A DNA stretch of 64,000 bases from Gammaproteobacteria bacterium (GTDB taxonomy: Bacteria > Pseudomonadota > Gammaproteobacteria > UBA4575): positions 64,001 through 128,000 of the forward strand of contig CBDCTA010000029.1 in NCBI GenBank assembly GCA_965221955.1, read 5' to 3'. The notes below the pieces were generated by a model that had not been told where the DNA came from, did not search any database, and saw only the letters and a list, made by a program, of their open reading frames with translations. The translations under genes were made by a program, and so were the position numbers. Every line of letters starts with the position of its first letter. Within the stretch, counting starts at the first letter, position 1. Positions 42,420-51,774 of this stretch are shown piece after piece.

Positions 42420-42880
42420 GTAGAGTTGGAACGTTTGTAGCAGTATTACTGGGTTTACTTTTTCTAGGCAGTACTGCACATGCAGAAATTTTCAAATGGG
42501 TCGATGCGAATGGCAAAGTTCATTACAGTGACCGCAAAATGAATACCCAAGCGCAAAAGTTAGATGTGGAAACAGGTGCTGCTTCTCTTGGCCAAGATTT
42601 AAACACTGTAGAACAACGTTTAATGCAACAGCAAAAATATGTGAATTATTTGCAGGCAGAACGTTTAGAACGCCAGGAAAAAAGACAAGAGGCCCAACAA
42701 GCTTCTGATAAAAAGAAAAAGCTTTGTTCAAAGCTACAAGACCAACTTAAGAACTTTACTCAAGGAAATTACCGTTGGTATGAGTTAGATGAAACATCAG
42801 GCGAAAGAAAATATTTATCTGATGATCGAATCGAAGCTAAAAAAGAAAAACTACAATCTGAAATAGCAGTTAATTGCTGA
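42416..42880 (+). CDS. DUF4124 family exported protein
   Basis: Signal peptide then IFKWVDANGKVHYSD, coiled coil, two Cys. Confidence 0.85.
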   Translation: MSRVGTFVAVLLGLLFLGSTAHAEIFKWVDANGKVHYSDRKMNTQAQKLDVETGAASLGQDLNTVEQRLMQQQKYVNYLQAERLERQEKRQEAQQASDKKKKLCSKLQDQLKNFTQGNYRWYELDETSGERKYLSDDRIEAKKEKLQSEIAVNC

Positions 42881-42888
42881 ATCTAAAA

Positions 42889-42916
42889 ATATGCTGGGTG
42901 CAACCACCCAGCATAT
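42889..42916. terminator. Hairpin between convergent genes
   Basis: ATATGCTGGGTG-CAAC-CACCCAGCATAT. Confidence 0.7.
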
Positions 42917-42937
42917 CTCTCTCAACTAATAATCAGC

Positions 42938-43786
42938 TTAATAACCCGGCGGGTAAGGGGCGTAACCCACTTCATAATCATCATGTGGCCAAAAACGATT
43001 TTTTCGTTCTTTGTGTTTGTAACCACAATCAATGATTTGTTTATGGCATAAAGTCTCCCGCCATTCATATTTGTAAAAACTTTTCATGCTAGCTTTACGT
43101 TTGGCATTAAATTGTACACGGCGTGCATATGAAGTTTGATGGTCGCCAAAACCTGTGCCTGCTTCAGCGTGGTCGTCACTTTCCGCTTCATTAGGTGATG
43201 CAGAGTCATGGGAGCGATTTGATGCTTTTGATTTTGCTTGGGGCTTTGAGCTAAGGATATTTTCGCGTCTTGTGAAGAAGGGTTGTTTTTCTTCATAGAC
43301 AGCAACTGCGATTACACCCATCGCTGAATCATCACCAAATGCATGTGCATAAGAATCTTCGATATCAGTAAAGTAAAAACGATGAATATCGCTACTACTT
43401 GTACGCCAACCTGCGTAGGTTTGTGTTTCGTATGCACCTAGTATGTACATGTTTTCACTATGCTTAAGATTTGATTTTTTGCCGGAAATTATATTTCTTC
43501 CATCCACTGCAATGACTAGGCCGACACGTTGGTTTGTATGATTACGAATTTGTATTGAATAATTTTCACCATTAATCGCCTCAAGATAAGCACGGGTTTC
43601 GTTTTTTAGGTGACGTTGAGTCACAGGATAGAGGGGGAAAAAACGACCGTCATCCGCAATGATTTGTATGTCTACAGGCGAATAATAAGGTGCGATTTTG
43701 CTCGATGCCATGCATGGAACTGTTACACTTAGGGCTAATAATAAATACAACCACCCATATCGAAGCTTGAGTTGTTTGATTTTCAT
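42938..43786 (-). CDS. Exported hypothetical protein
   Basis: Signal-like N-terminus; GLVIAVDGRNIISG, GWR, FYFTDIEDSYA, MGVIAVAVYEE, AGTGFG segments look conserved; function unknown. Confidence 0.8.
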   Translation of the reverse strand: MKIKQLKLRYGWLYLLLALSVTVPCMASSKIAPYYSPVDIQIIADDGRFFPLYPVTQRHLKNETRAYLEAINGENYSIQIRNHTNQRVGLVIAVDGRNIISGKKSNLKHSENMYILGAYETQTYAGWRTSSSDIHRFYFTDIEDSYAHAFGDDSAMGVIAVAVYEEKQPFFTRRENILSSKPQAKSKASNRSHDSASPNEAESDDHAEAGTGFGDHQTSYARRVQFNAKRKASMKSFYKYEWRETLCHKQIIDCGYKHKERKNRFWPHDDYEVGYAPYPPGY

Positions 43787-43886
43787 CTGTTTGATTCCTT
43801 TGTAAGTAAGTTAATGGACTAAAAACTGGTTCTAATGTTGTAAACGCTTAAAACAAAGAAATGGGTTAAATACTTTAGGAATTAAT

Positions 43887-46157
43887 TTGCAGGCTACTAA
43901 AAACACTCCGGTTATTAAGGATTTAGTGCTGATTGGTGGTGGCCACAGTCATGTGGCGGTATTGAAAAAATTTGGCATGAAGCCATTAGCGGGTTTGCAA
44001 ATTACTCTGATTACGCGTGATGTGCATACACCCTACTCGGGAATGTTGCCAGGCTTTATTGCGGGACATTATAGCTATGATGAAAGTCATATCGATTTAA
44101 GACCGTTAGCAAAATTTTGCGGGGCAAGGCTTTTTCATGCACCGGCAACATTTTTACATCTTGAAGATAAACAAGTTATTTGTGGCGATCGCCCACCGAT
44201 TCGTTATGACGTGCTTTCGATTAATACGGGGTCAACCCCATCCCATATAGAGGTTCCAGGTTCAAAGGAACATGCTCTCGCAGTAAAGCCCATCAATAAA
44301 TTTATACATGGTTGGGATGTGTTAATGCAAAATGTGCTTGAACGTAAAGGTGATTTTAAGGTTGTAGTAGTGGGTGCAGGTGCAGGGGGTGTGGAAGTAG
44401 CACTCGCCACGCAATTTCATTTGCGTAATTTATTGCGTGAAAATTCTTATACAGATGCAAAACTACGTTTTGATTTAGTATCTGGTAATGGGCCTATTTT
44501 AGCCACGCATAATCATTCTATACAAAGACGTTTCCGGCGTGTATTAGCTGAACGTGAAATTATAATTCATAAAGGCAGTAAAGCTAATCGAGTTAGCGCT
44601 AATAGAATCGAATTAGAAAATGGTGAGTCATTACATGCCGATGCAATCATATGGGCTACCCATGCATCAGCACCAAGCTGGTATAAGGAATCTGGTTTGG
44701 CTGTTGATGAACGAGGGTTCATTGCAGTTAATGATTCCTTGCAATCTATTTCCCATGAGAATGTTTTTGCAGCAGGTGATATTGCCACGGTGACAAATTA
44801 TCCGCGACCCAAGTCGGGAGTATTTGCAGTACGCCAAGGTCCACCGCTGTATAAAAACATTAGACGTGCGCTTACGAATAAACCACTAAAAAGACACGTA
44901 CCGCAAATAAGTTTTTTAAGTTTAATCAGCACAGGTGATAAGTGTGCAATTGGTTCAAGAGGAATGTTTGCTTTTGAAGGCGCTTGGATATGGAAACTTA
45001 AAGACTATATTGATCGTGAATTCATGCGTAAGTATCAGCAGCTTCCTGATATGGAAGAAGAACAAGATTCTATAAATAGTGAACTTGTGAGCAAAGATGC
45101 AGTAAAAGAAATCTCTGCTATTGCAATGCGGTGTGGTGGTTGTGGTGCGAAGGTGGGTAGCAATGTACTCAGTCGCGTGGTGAACCAACTTACTACCGTG
45201 AAACGCGATGATGTGGTGTTAGGCTTAGATGCTCCAGATGATGCAGCTGTGTTACAAGTTCCACCTGGTAAAGTACAAGTGCAATCGGTGGATTATTTTC
45301 GTTCATTCATTGATGATCCTTATGTTTTTGGACAGATAGCTGCGAACCATAGTTTAGGGGATGTGTTCGCAATGGGCGCAGAAGCACAGGCTGCAATGGC
45401 GATTGCCACAGTGCCATATGGAAAAGAGGAAGTCGTCGAACAACAGCTACTACAGATGATGCAGGGTGCGCTGCAAGTACTGAACCAACACAATGCAACA
45501 TTGATTGGTGGTCATTCCAGTGAAGGTGCTGAGTTATCCTTCGGCTTAAGTGTCACCGGTTTAGTAGAAAAAGAAGATTTACTGGCAAAAAGTGGTATGC
45601 AACCAGGTGATGTCATTATTCTTACCAAACCAATTGGTACTGGGACCTTATTTGCTGCAGATATGCGTGGCAAAGCAAAAGGGCGGTGGATTTCTGCAGC
45701 GATTCGCTCAATGATTCATTCTAACCATGCTGCTGCTCAGTGTCTTTATAAATATGAAGTGCATGCTTGTACAGATGTAACGGGGTTTGGTGTATTGGGA
45801 CACTTAGTCGAGATGCTGCGAGTTGGAGGGGTTGATATTAATATCAATATTAATACTCTACCGATTTTGAGTGGCGCGATTGAATCTATGCAACAAGGAA
45901 TTTATAGTTCTTTGCAACCATCAAATGTTCGTTTACGTAGATCGATTAAAAATCAGAAAGCCGCAGTAGAACATTCCTATTATCCATTGTTATTTGATCC
46001 ACAAACAGCAGGTGGTTTACTAGCCAGTGTGCCTGAAAAATATGAACAGTCCTGCATTTCTGAATTACAAGATTTAGGCTATTCAGATGCATGCGTAATT
46101 GGTCGTGTAGAAAAAGAAGGTGCATCGCTTGAGAGTATCCACATTAATCTAAACTAA
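43887..46157 (+). CDS. selD: Selenophosphate synthetase fused to an N-terminal FAD/NAD(P)H oxidoreductase domain (SenC role)
   Basis: N-terminal IGGGHSH, PYSGMLPG, VGAGAGG, FAAGD, KSGVFAVRQG; C-terminal MRCGGCGAK, DDAAV, GGHS, LTKPIGTG, TDVTGFG, DPQTAGGLL. Confidence 0.93.
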   Translation: MQATKNTPVIKDLVLIGGGHSHVAVLKKFGMKPLAGLQITLITRDVHTPYSGMLPGFIAGHYSYDESHIDLRPLAKFCGARLFHAPATFLHLEDKQVICGDRPPIRYDVLSINTGSTPSHIEVPGSKEHALAVKPINKFIHGWDVLMQNVLERKGDFKVVVVGAGAGGVEVALATQFHLRNLLRENSYTDAKLRFDLVSGNGPILATHNHSIQRRFRRVLAEREIIIHKGSKANRVSANRIELENGESLHADAIIWATHASAPSWYKESGLAVDERGFIAVNDSLQSISHENVFAAGDIATVTNYPRPKSGVFAVRQGPPLYKNIRRALTNKPLKRHVPQISFLSLISTGDKCAIGSRGMFAFEGAWIWKLKDYIDREFMRKYQQLPDMEEEQDSINSELVSKDAVKEISAIAMRCGGCGAKVGSNVLSRVVNQLTTVKRDDVVLGLDAPDDAAVLQVPPGKVQVQSVDYFRSFIDDPYVFGQIAANHSLGDVFAMGAEAQAAMAIATVPYGKEEVVEQQLLQMMQGALQVLNQHNATLIGGHSSEGAELSFGLSVTGLVEKEDLLAKSGMQPGDVIILTKPIGTGTLFAADMRGKAKGRWISAAIRSMIHSNHAAAQCLYKYEVHACTDVTGFGVLGHLVEMLRVGGVDINININTLPILSGAIESMQQGIYSSLQPSNVRLRRSIKNQKAAVEHSYYPLLFDPQTAGGLLASVPEKYEQSCISELQDLGYSDACVIGRVEKEGASLESIHINLN

Positions 46158-46175
46158 TCTTGAAGTTAATTAAGC

Positions 46176-46775
46176 ATGTATAAAATAATTTGGCTTAGTA
46201 TATTTTTTATCGTGTTTGTTTGGTCCGCAATCAACCCTAAAGACCAATTGACTTGGTTTTTAGAAGTGTCACCAGCAATAATTGGAATTATTGTAATGGC
46301 GTATACATATAATACTTTCCGTCTTACGCCGCTGGTATATCTCTTGATTTTGGTCCATTGTGTAATTGTGATGGTGGGTGGTCACTATACTTATGCAGAA
46401 GTACCGCTGTTTGATTATATTAAAGAGTGGTTTGGATTAATGCGAAATAATTACGACAAGCTGGGGCATTTAGTACAAGGTTTTATTCCTGCGCTCATCG
46501 CAAGAGAAATTATCATTCGTAAAAACATTATTCCTAAACCTTTTTGGCAATTCTTTTTTATTGTTTGTTTTTGTCTTGCATTCAGTGCGTTTTATGAATT
46601 AATAGAGTGGTGGGCTGCGCTAGCAGTGGGTGAGGATGCTGATGCATTTTTGGCTACACAAGGCTATGAATGGGATACACAATCTGATATGGGTTTGGCT
46701 TTGCTGGGCGCAATACTCGGTCTGTTAACTTTATCCAAGCTGCATGATCAGCAATTAAATCAATTAAAGTCGTAA
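46176..46775 (+). CDS. DUF2238 (YjdF-like) membrane protein
   Basis: WFLE, GGHYTYAEVP, RNNYDKLGH, YELIEWW, QGYEWDTQSDM. Confidence 0.88.
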   Translation: MYKIIWLSIFFIVFVWSAINPKDQLTWFLEVSPAIIGIIVMAYTYNTFRLTPLVYLLILVHCVIVMVGGHYTYAEVPLFDYIKEWFGLMRNNYDKLGHLVQGFIPALIAREIIIRKNIIPKPFWQFFFIVCFCLAFSAFYELIEWWAALAVGEDADAFLATQGYEWDTQSDMGLALLGAILGLLTLSKLHDQQLNQLKS

Positions 46776-46782
46776 TGCAAAA

Positions 46783-46816
46783 GAAAGCCCGCGTGGTTTT
46801 GTGTGAGCGGGCTTTC
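46783..46816 (+). terminator. Probable terminator hairpin
   Basis: GAAAGCCCGC-N14-GCGGGCTTTC just after the stop at 46775. Confidence 0.55.
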
Positions 46817-47139
46817 ATTGCAGGCTTATGTGTGTTTTTGAGATGTTTATTTGCGTCGAAAAATGCGTATTGGTGTTAATTTTGCCTCGTTGAGTAGTGT
46901 TCTACTTTTCCAAAGCATGAATATTAAGTTACGCCAATTCGATCTGCAGGTAGTTGTCTGTCAGCCTACGGTACAAACGACTTAAAAACATCCTCGGTTT
47001 TTAAGCTACGCTTGTTTTGAGTATAGAACAATTAAAAGTTCATTATATTTAAGATTAAACATTTTGATACATGAGCAAAGATTGCTCAATTTGATATTTT
47101 ATGTTTAAAAAACAAGTATAAAGCGTTCATTTAATTAGT

Positions 47140-48108
47140 CTATGTAAATTCATTAAGTAATTTTTTCAAGTTATTTTTTTCTTTTGCATAGGTAAATAAA
47201 GGCGCTTTACTTTTACACGCTTTTGTTAGCTTATTCAGGAAAGATTGATCATTTTCTGCTTTTAGCAATAAGCTTCGTAAAGCTTTTGTATCGCCGTATG
47301 GGTAATAACCAGGATAATTTTTACCTAGTAAACCGATCGATCCATCTATATTCGAAGCAAGCGCTGGCATACCGGCTACACAAGCTTCAGAAATCACATT
47401 GGCGCCTCCTTCCATCTTAGAACTCAGAACCATTACATCTGCATTTGCGTATTGTTGCCGAATTTTCCAATGGGGCACTTCGCCGTACCAGTGGTATCGT
47501 AAATTTGACATCATTTCTTTTTTTGCACGTTCCGCCCAAGCAAACTTATGCGCTTTGCCAAATTGTTTTACCCTAATACGTGAACAATCGGATAGTTTGC
47601 GTACGGCATAAGCGGTGCGCAGAGGGTCTTTTTCTTCTCTTAAATGTCCAATTACGCATACATCAAAATATCTTTTATTTTTGTTAGGTAAACGTTTAAT
47701 TTTTTTAGCAGATTGATAAATGACATTTACTTTTTTTCGATATTGTTTCGGTATTGCTAAATGGGCTAAATCGTGAAGCGATATGAGTGCATCCGCAAGC
47801 TTTATGGAGCGTAGTGTCGGTTTTGGATGAGAATGAATAAACCTGTATAAATCAGTACCAGTTAGTGCAACGATTAGCGGCTTTCCCGGACATTGTGTTT
47901 CGAAAGTAAGAATAGAACTTGCACTACGCCAAGCATGCAAAGCAATCATCATGTCTGATTTTTTGCTAATTTGTTGAATATCATCTTGACTATTTTTAAC
48001 AACTACACGATGCCCGAGGTCGGTCAGTATATTTCTCCAGCGTACAGCGGTAACTCGATTTCCAGCGCGTGCACTGGGTAGGGCTGGAGTTATAAGAAGA
48101 ATATTCAT
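47140..48108 (-). CDS. senB: Selenosugar synthase SenB (TIGR04348-type glycosyltransferase)
   Basis: GNRVTAVRW, IALHAWRS, LTGTDLY, GHLREEKDP, EGGANVISEA; between selD and senA. Confidence 0.88.
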   Translation of the reverse strand: MNILLITPALPSARAGNRVTAVRWRNILTDLGHRVVVKNSQDDIQQISKKSDMMIALHAWRSASSILTFETQCPGKPLIVALTGTDLYRFIHSHPKPTLRSIKLADALISLHDLAHLAIPKQYRKKVNVIYQSAKKIKRLPNKNKRYFDVCVIGHLREEKDPLRTAYAVRKLSDCSRIRVKQFGKAHKFAWAERAKKEMMSNLRYHWYGEVPHWKIRQQYANADVMVLSSKMEGGANVISEACVAGMPALASNIDGSIGLLGKNYPGYYPYGDTKALRSLLLKAENDQSFLNKLTKACKSKAPLFTYAKEKNNLKKLLNEFT

Positions 48109-48130
48109 AGATGTAATATATCTATCGCTA

Positions 48131-49480
48131 TTGTATGGTTATATACATTCAGATTTATTTTCTCCACATCTAGTCGTGAATTATAGCAGTGCCACCGTTG
48201 AGAGTATTTCATCCGCATTACTAGACGCGCGTTCCAGAACGCTTGCGCTAGTTTCTGGCTTAAGTGATGAACAACTAATGGGAAAGATATTGCCCACGAT
48301 TAACCCTTTACGATGGGAGATTGCTCATGCTGCGTATTTCCATGAGGTTTGGGTGCTGCGTCATTTAGGCCAGTTGCCAGCTGTACGAGAAGATGCAGAT
48401 GAACTGTTTGATTCCATCGAAATTCAACATGAGGATCGCTGGAGTTTACCATTGCCAAGCATATCGGCAACGTTTGAATATATGAATAATGTATTAGTGG
48501 CCGAATTGGAACTGCTTAGAAATATTGAACTAAATAATTATGCGAAATATTTTTACTTATTATCATTGTTCCATGAAGATATGCATAACGAGGCATTTAT
48601 TTATACACGGCAAACATTGTCGTATCCAGCGCCCGACTTTATCAAGAAGCAAAGCATAAACAAAAACTCATCTGCAACACATAATGAAGATATCCCGATT
48701 CCAGGTGGATCTTTTGTGCTCGGTGCTGAGCGTAATGATGAGTTTATTTTTGATAATGAAAAATGGGGGCATACAGTAAATGTAGCGCCCTTTAAAATCT
48801 CTAAATTTGCCGTTAGTAATGAACAATATTTAGAGTTTGTCGAAGCAGGTGGTTATTTAGAAGAAAAGTATTGGGACGATGTTAGTTGGCAATGGTGTAA
48901 ACAAAATAACCTTCAACACCCTATCTATTGGAAAAAAGATTCAGACGGTCATTGGTATGTAAGAGAATTTGACCAATGGAGGTCTCTTGAATTAAGTCAT
49001 GCCGTTATTCATGTGAGCTGGTATGAGGCCCAAGCTTTTTGTAAATGGGCGCAACGACGTTTACCAACTGAACACGAGTGGGAGTTTGCTGCGGCATGTG
49101 ACCCCTGTGGAGAAAAAGATAATCAGTATCAGAAAAATAATGATTCAAATAATAATAATCAAAAGTGCCATGCAAATCTTGATTGTGAACAATTAAGTAC
49201 CGTCGATGTAGCTGCCTTTTCAGAAGGAGAAAGTGCTTTTGGTTGTCGTCAAATGTTTGGTAATGTATGGGAATGGACTGCATCTACGTTTGATCCTTAT
49301 CCAGGATTTTCCCCAGATTGGTATACTGAGTACTCTCGTCCTCTATTTGGTATAACCAAGGTATTACGTGGTGGTGCATGGACGACGCGAAGCCGCATGT
49401 TGCGAAATACTTTGCGTAATTATTATGGTCCAGATCGGAATGATGTGTTTGCAGGATTTCGTACCTGCGCTCTTGATTAG
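48131..49480 (+). CDS. senA: Selenoneine synthase SenA (EgtB-like DinB + FGE-sulfatase domains); start may be GTG 48176
   Basis: INPLRWEIAH, HEDMHNE iron-ligand motif, FDNEKWGH, RRLPTEHEWE, GNVWEW, FAGFRTC; adjacent to senB. Confidence 0.83.
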   Translation: MYGYIHSDLFSPHLVVNYSSATVESISSALLDARSRTLALVSGLSDEQLMGKILPTINPLRWEIAHAAYFHEVWVLRHLGQLPAVREDADELFDSIEIQHEDRWSLPLPSISATFEYMNNVLVAELELLRNIELNNYAKYFYLLSLFHEDMHNEAFIYTRQTLSYPAPDFIKKQSINKNSSATHNEDIPIPGGSFVLGAERNDEFIFDNEKWGHTVNVAPFKISKFAVSNEQYLEFVEAGGYLEEKYWDDVSWQWCKQNNLQHPIYWKKDSDGHWYVREFDQWRSLELSHAVIHVSWYEAQAFCKWAQRRLPTEHEWEFAAACDPCGEKDNQYQKNNDSNNNNQKCHANLDCEQLSTVDVAAFSEGESAFGCRQMFGNVWEWTASTFDPYPGFSPDWYTEYSRPLFGITKVLRGGAWTTRSRMLRNTLRNYYGPDRNDVFAGFRTCALD

Positions 49481-49505
49481 TAACATTAAGCTTTAAATAT
49501 TATTT

Positions 49506-50336
49506 ATGAAATTGTGGGGTAAATTACTCGGCGGTGTTTTGGGCTATGCGCTTAGTGAATCATTTGTGGGCGCCTTGATTGGTGTATTTTTAGGGCACTT
49601 ATTTGATCGCGCAGGACGGCGGAATTACTCAGCACGCTCGGGTGAGTATAAAAAGAGAACACGTTTCGATCATAGTGCTCAAGAGCGTACACAACGAGAG
49701 TTTTTTAATGCAACATTCTCAGTATTAGGACACATATCAAAAGCGGATGGCCGTGTTTCACCGCAAGAGATACAACTTGCAGAACAGGTCATACAACAAA
49801 TGCGTTTGAGTAAAGAGCAACGCAGTGAAGCTATAGAATTGTTTAATCAAGGTAAACAGGCAGATTTCAATTTAGATGAGACACTATTAGAGTTTCGAGA
49901 AAAATGTAATGGCAAAACGATGCTGCTTCAAATGTTTATTGAGATCCAATTACAAGCTGCATATGCGGATGGTAACAAGAGCAGTGGTGAAGAACAGATC
50001 TTACAGCATATCTGTGAGGTATTAGGCTATCCTAAAGTACTATTGGCTCAGCTCGAGTCGATGTTATTTGCTAGCAAGCGTAGTCGAGCGTCATATGGTG
50101 CAAATGGTTCTTATACTTCTTCTGCTTCTGCGCTAGAGGATGCATACAAAATTATTGGCGTGAGTGAGTCGGCAACTGATGCAGAGGTGAAAAAAGCATA
50201 TCGCAGACTAATGAGTCAAAATCATCCTGATAAATTAATCGCTAAAGGTTTACCAGAAGAGATGATTGAAATTGCTACAAATAAAACCCAAGAAATTCAA
50301 AAGGCATACGATATGATTGCCGAAAGTAGAGCTTAA
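49506..50336 (+). CDS. djlA: Co-chaperone DjlA
   Basis: N-terminal TM WGKLLGG, TerB-like KADGRVS, C-terminal J-domain HPDK. Confidence 0.95.
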   Translation: MKLWGKLLGGVLGYALSESFVGALIGVFLGHLFDRAGRRNYSARSGEYKKRTRFDHSAQERTQREFFNATFSVLGHISKADGRVSPQEIQLAEQVIQQMRLSKEQRSEAIELFNQGKQADFNLDETLLEFREKCNGKTMLLQMFIEIQLQAAYADGNKSSGEEQILQHICEVLGYPKVLLAQLESMLFASKRSRASYGANGSYTSSASALEDAYKIIGVSESATDAEVKKAYRRLMSQNHPDKLIAKGLPEEMIEIATNKTQEIQKAYDMIAESRA

Positions 50337-50343
50337 GTAATTA

Positions 50344-50766
50344 ATGAGCAATTATATGAAAAAATTTTTTATTATTTTTGTTTTATTGTTTGCGACAAAT
50401 ACACTGTATGCGAGTGAGATTTACCATATTGACAATCAAGATCTTCAGCAGCTGATGCAACAAGGGGTTGCAGTGGTAGATGTTAGAGCGACTTCTGAGT
50501 GGCAGGAGACAGGAGTGATTGAAAATAGCCATTTGATTATGTTTTATGACGAAAAAGGCAAGTATGATTTAAACTCATGGCTTGAAAAAATTGCTAAAGT
50601 GGCAAATAAAAGTGAACCACTGGTTTTAATTTGTCATTCAGGCAGCCGAAGTAAACAACTCGCTAAATATCTGACAAAAGTAGTTGGCTATGAGGATGTG
50701 TACAATGTAAAGCGTGGCATAGCCTATTGGATAAAGAAAAATCACGCTGTTATTAAGTACCCTTAA
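50344..50766 (+). CDS. Exported rhodanese-like protein
   Basis: VDVRATSEWQETGVI, ICHSGSRS active-site loop, signal peptide. Confidence 0.88.
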   Translation: MSNYMKKFFIIFVLLFATNTLYASEIYHIDNQDLQQLMQQGVAVVDVRATSEWQETGVIENSHLIMFYDEKGKYDLNSWLEKIAKVANKSEPLVLICHSGSRSKQLAKYLTKVVGYEDVYNVKRGIAYWIKKNHAVIKYP

Positions 50767-50791
50767 TCTAAATATTTAAAATTATAATTAT

Positions 50792-51772
50792 ATGACAAGA
50801 CCCTATAACATTTTGATGTGGATGGTGGCATTTGTGTTTGCTGCTGCTATAGCAGTTACATTCGTCTATACCCCAGTTATTTTTGCTTTCAAAACCAATC
50901 CTTGGTTTAACGCCTTAATTTTATTCGTACTGCTTATTGGTGTTTTACACAATTTTCAACAAGTCATAAAGTTATTTAAGGAGATTTCCTGGATTGAGAA
51001 TTTTCGCGCCTCTAAAGGCAGTGCATCTACAGAAGTTATCACTCCACTGCTAGCGCCAATGGCGCGCATGTTGTCAAAAAAAGAAAGTGATCGTTTGACG
51101 CTTTCAACCATGTCGATGCGCTCGCTTTTGGACAGTATCAGTAGCCGACTGGACGAGTCACGAGATATTTCTCGTTACCTGATTGGTTTACTAATTTTTT
51201 TAGGACTGTTGGGTACTTTTTGGGGTTTATTAGTCACAGTAAGCTCAGTGAGTGATGTGATAAAAAACATGTCTGCACAAGGCCAGGATAGTTTGCTTTT
51301 ATTTGAAAACTTAAAAGAAGGTTTGCAACAGCCATTATCAGGCATGGGCATTGCGTTTAGTTCTTCATTGTTTGGGCTGGCAGGGTCATTGGTGTTGGGA
51401 TTCCTTGATCTTCAGGCTGGACATGCGCAAGCGCGATTTTTTAATGAATTAGAAGAATGGCTTTCCGGAATTACACACTTGTCTTCGGGTGCGCTGCCTG
51501 GGGATGGTGAAACTCCAGTGCCAATATATGTGCAAGCATTATTAGAACAAACTGCAGATGGTATTAATAGTTTGCAAAGAGAGTTAAGCAAACAAAATAG
51601 CGATCGTTCACGTTTAGACACACATTTGCTCAATTTGACGCAACAATTAGCAGGTCTAAGTGAATATATGCAGCGTGAACAACAACCTTTTTCTGAAGAA
51701 CTACGAAAAGAATTACGCATTCTCACAAAAACAATTGCTGCATCATTAAGTCATCAAAATAAATCGAACTAA
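50792..51772 (+). CDS. MotA/TolQ/ExbB-like proton-channel membrane protein
   Basis: LGLLGTFWGL and GMGIAFSSSLFGL TM motifs. Confidence 0.8.
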   Translation: MTRPYNILMWMVAFVFAAAIAVTFVYTPVIFAFKTNPWFNALILFVLLIGVLHNFQQVIKLFKEISWIENFRASKGSASTEVITPLLAPMARMLSKKESDRLTLSTMSMRSLLDSISSRLDESRDISRYLIGLLIFLGLLGTFWGLLVTVSSVSDVIKNMSAQGQDSLLLFENLKEGLQQPLSGMGIAFSSSLFGLAGSLVLGFLDLQAGHAQARFFNELEEWLSGITHLSSGALPGDGETPVPIYVQALLEQTADGINSLQRELSKQNSDRSRLDTHLLNLTQQLAGLSEYMQREQQPFSEELRKELRILTKTIAASLSHQNKSN

Positions 51773-51774
51773 TC

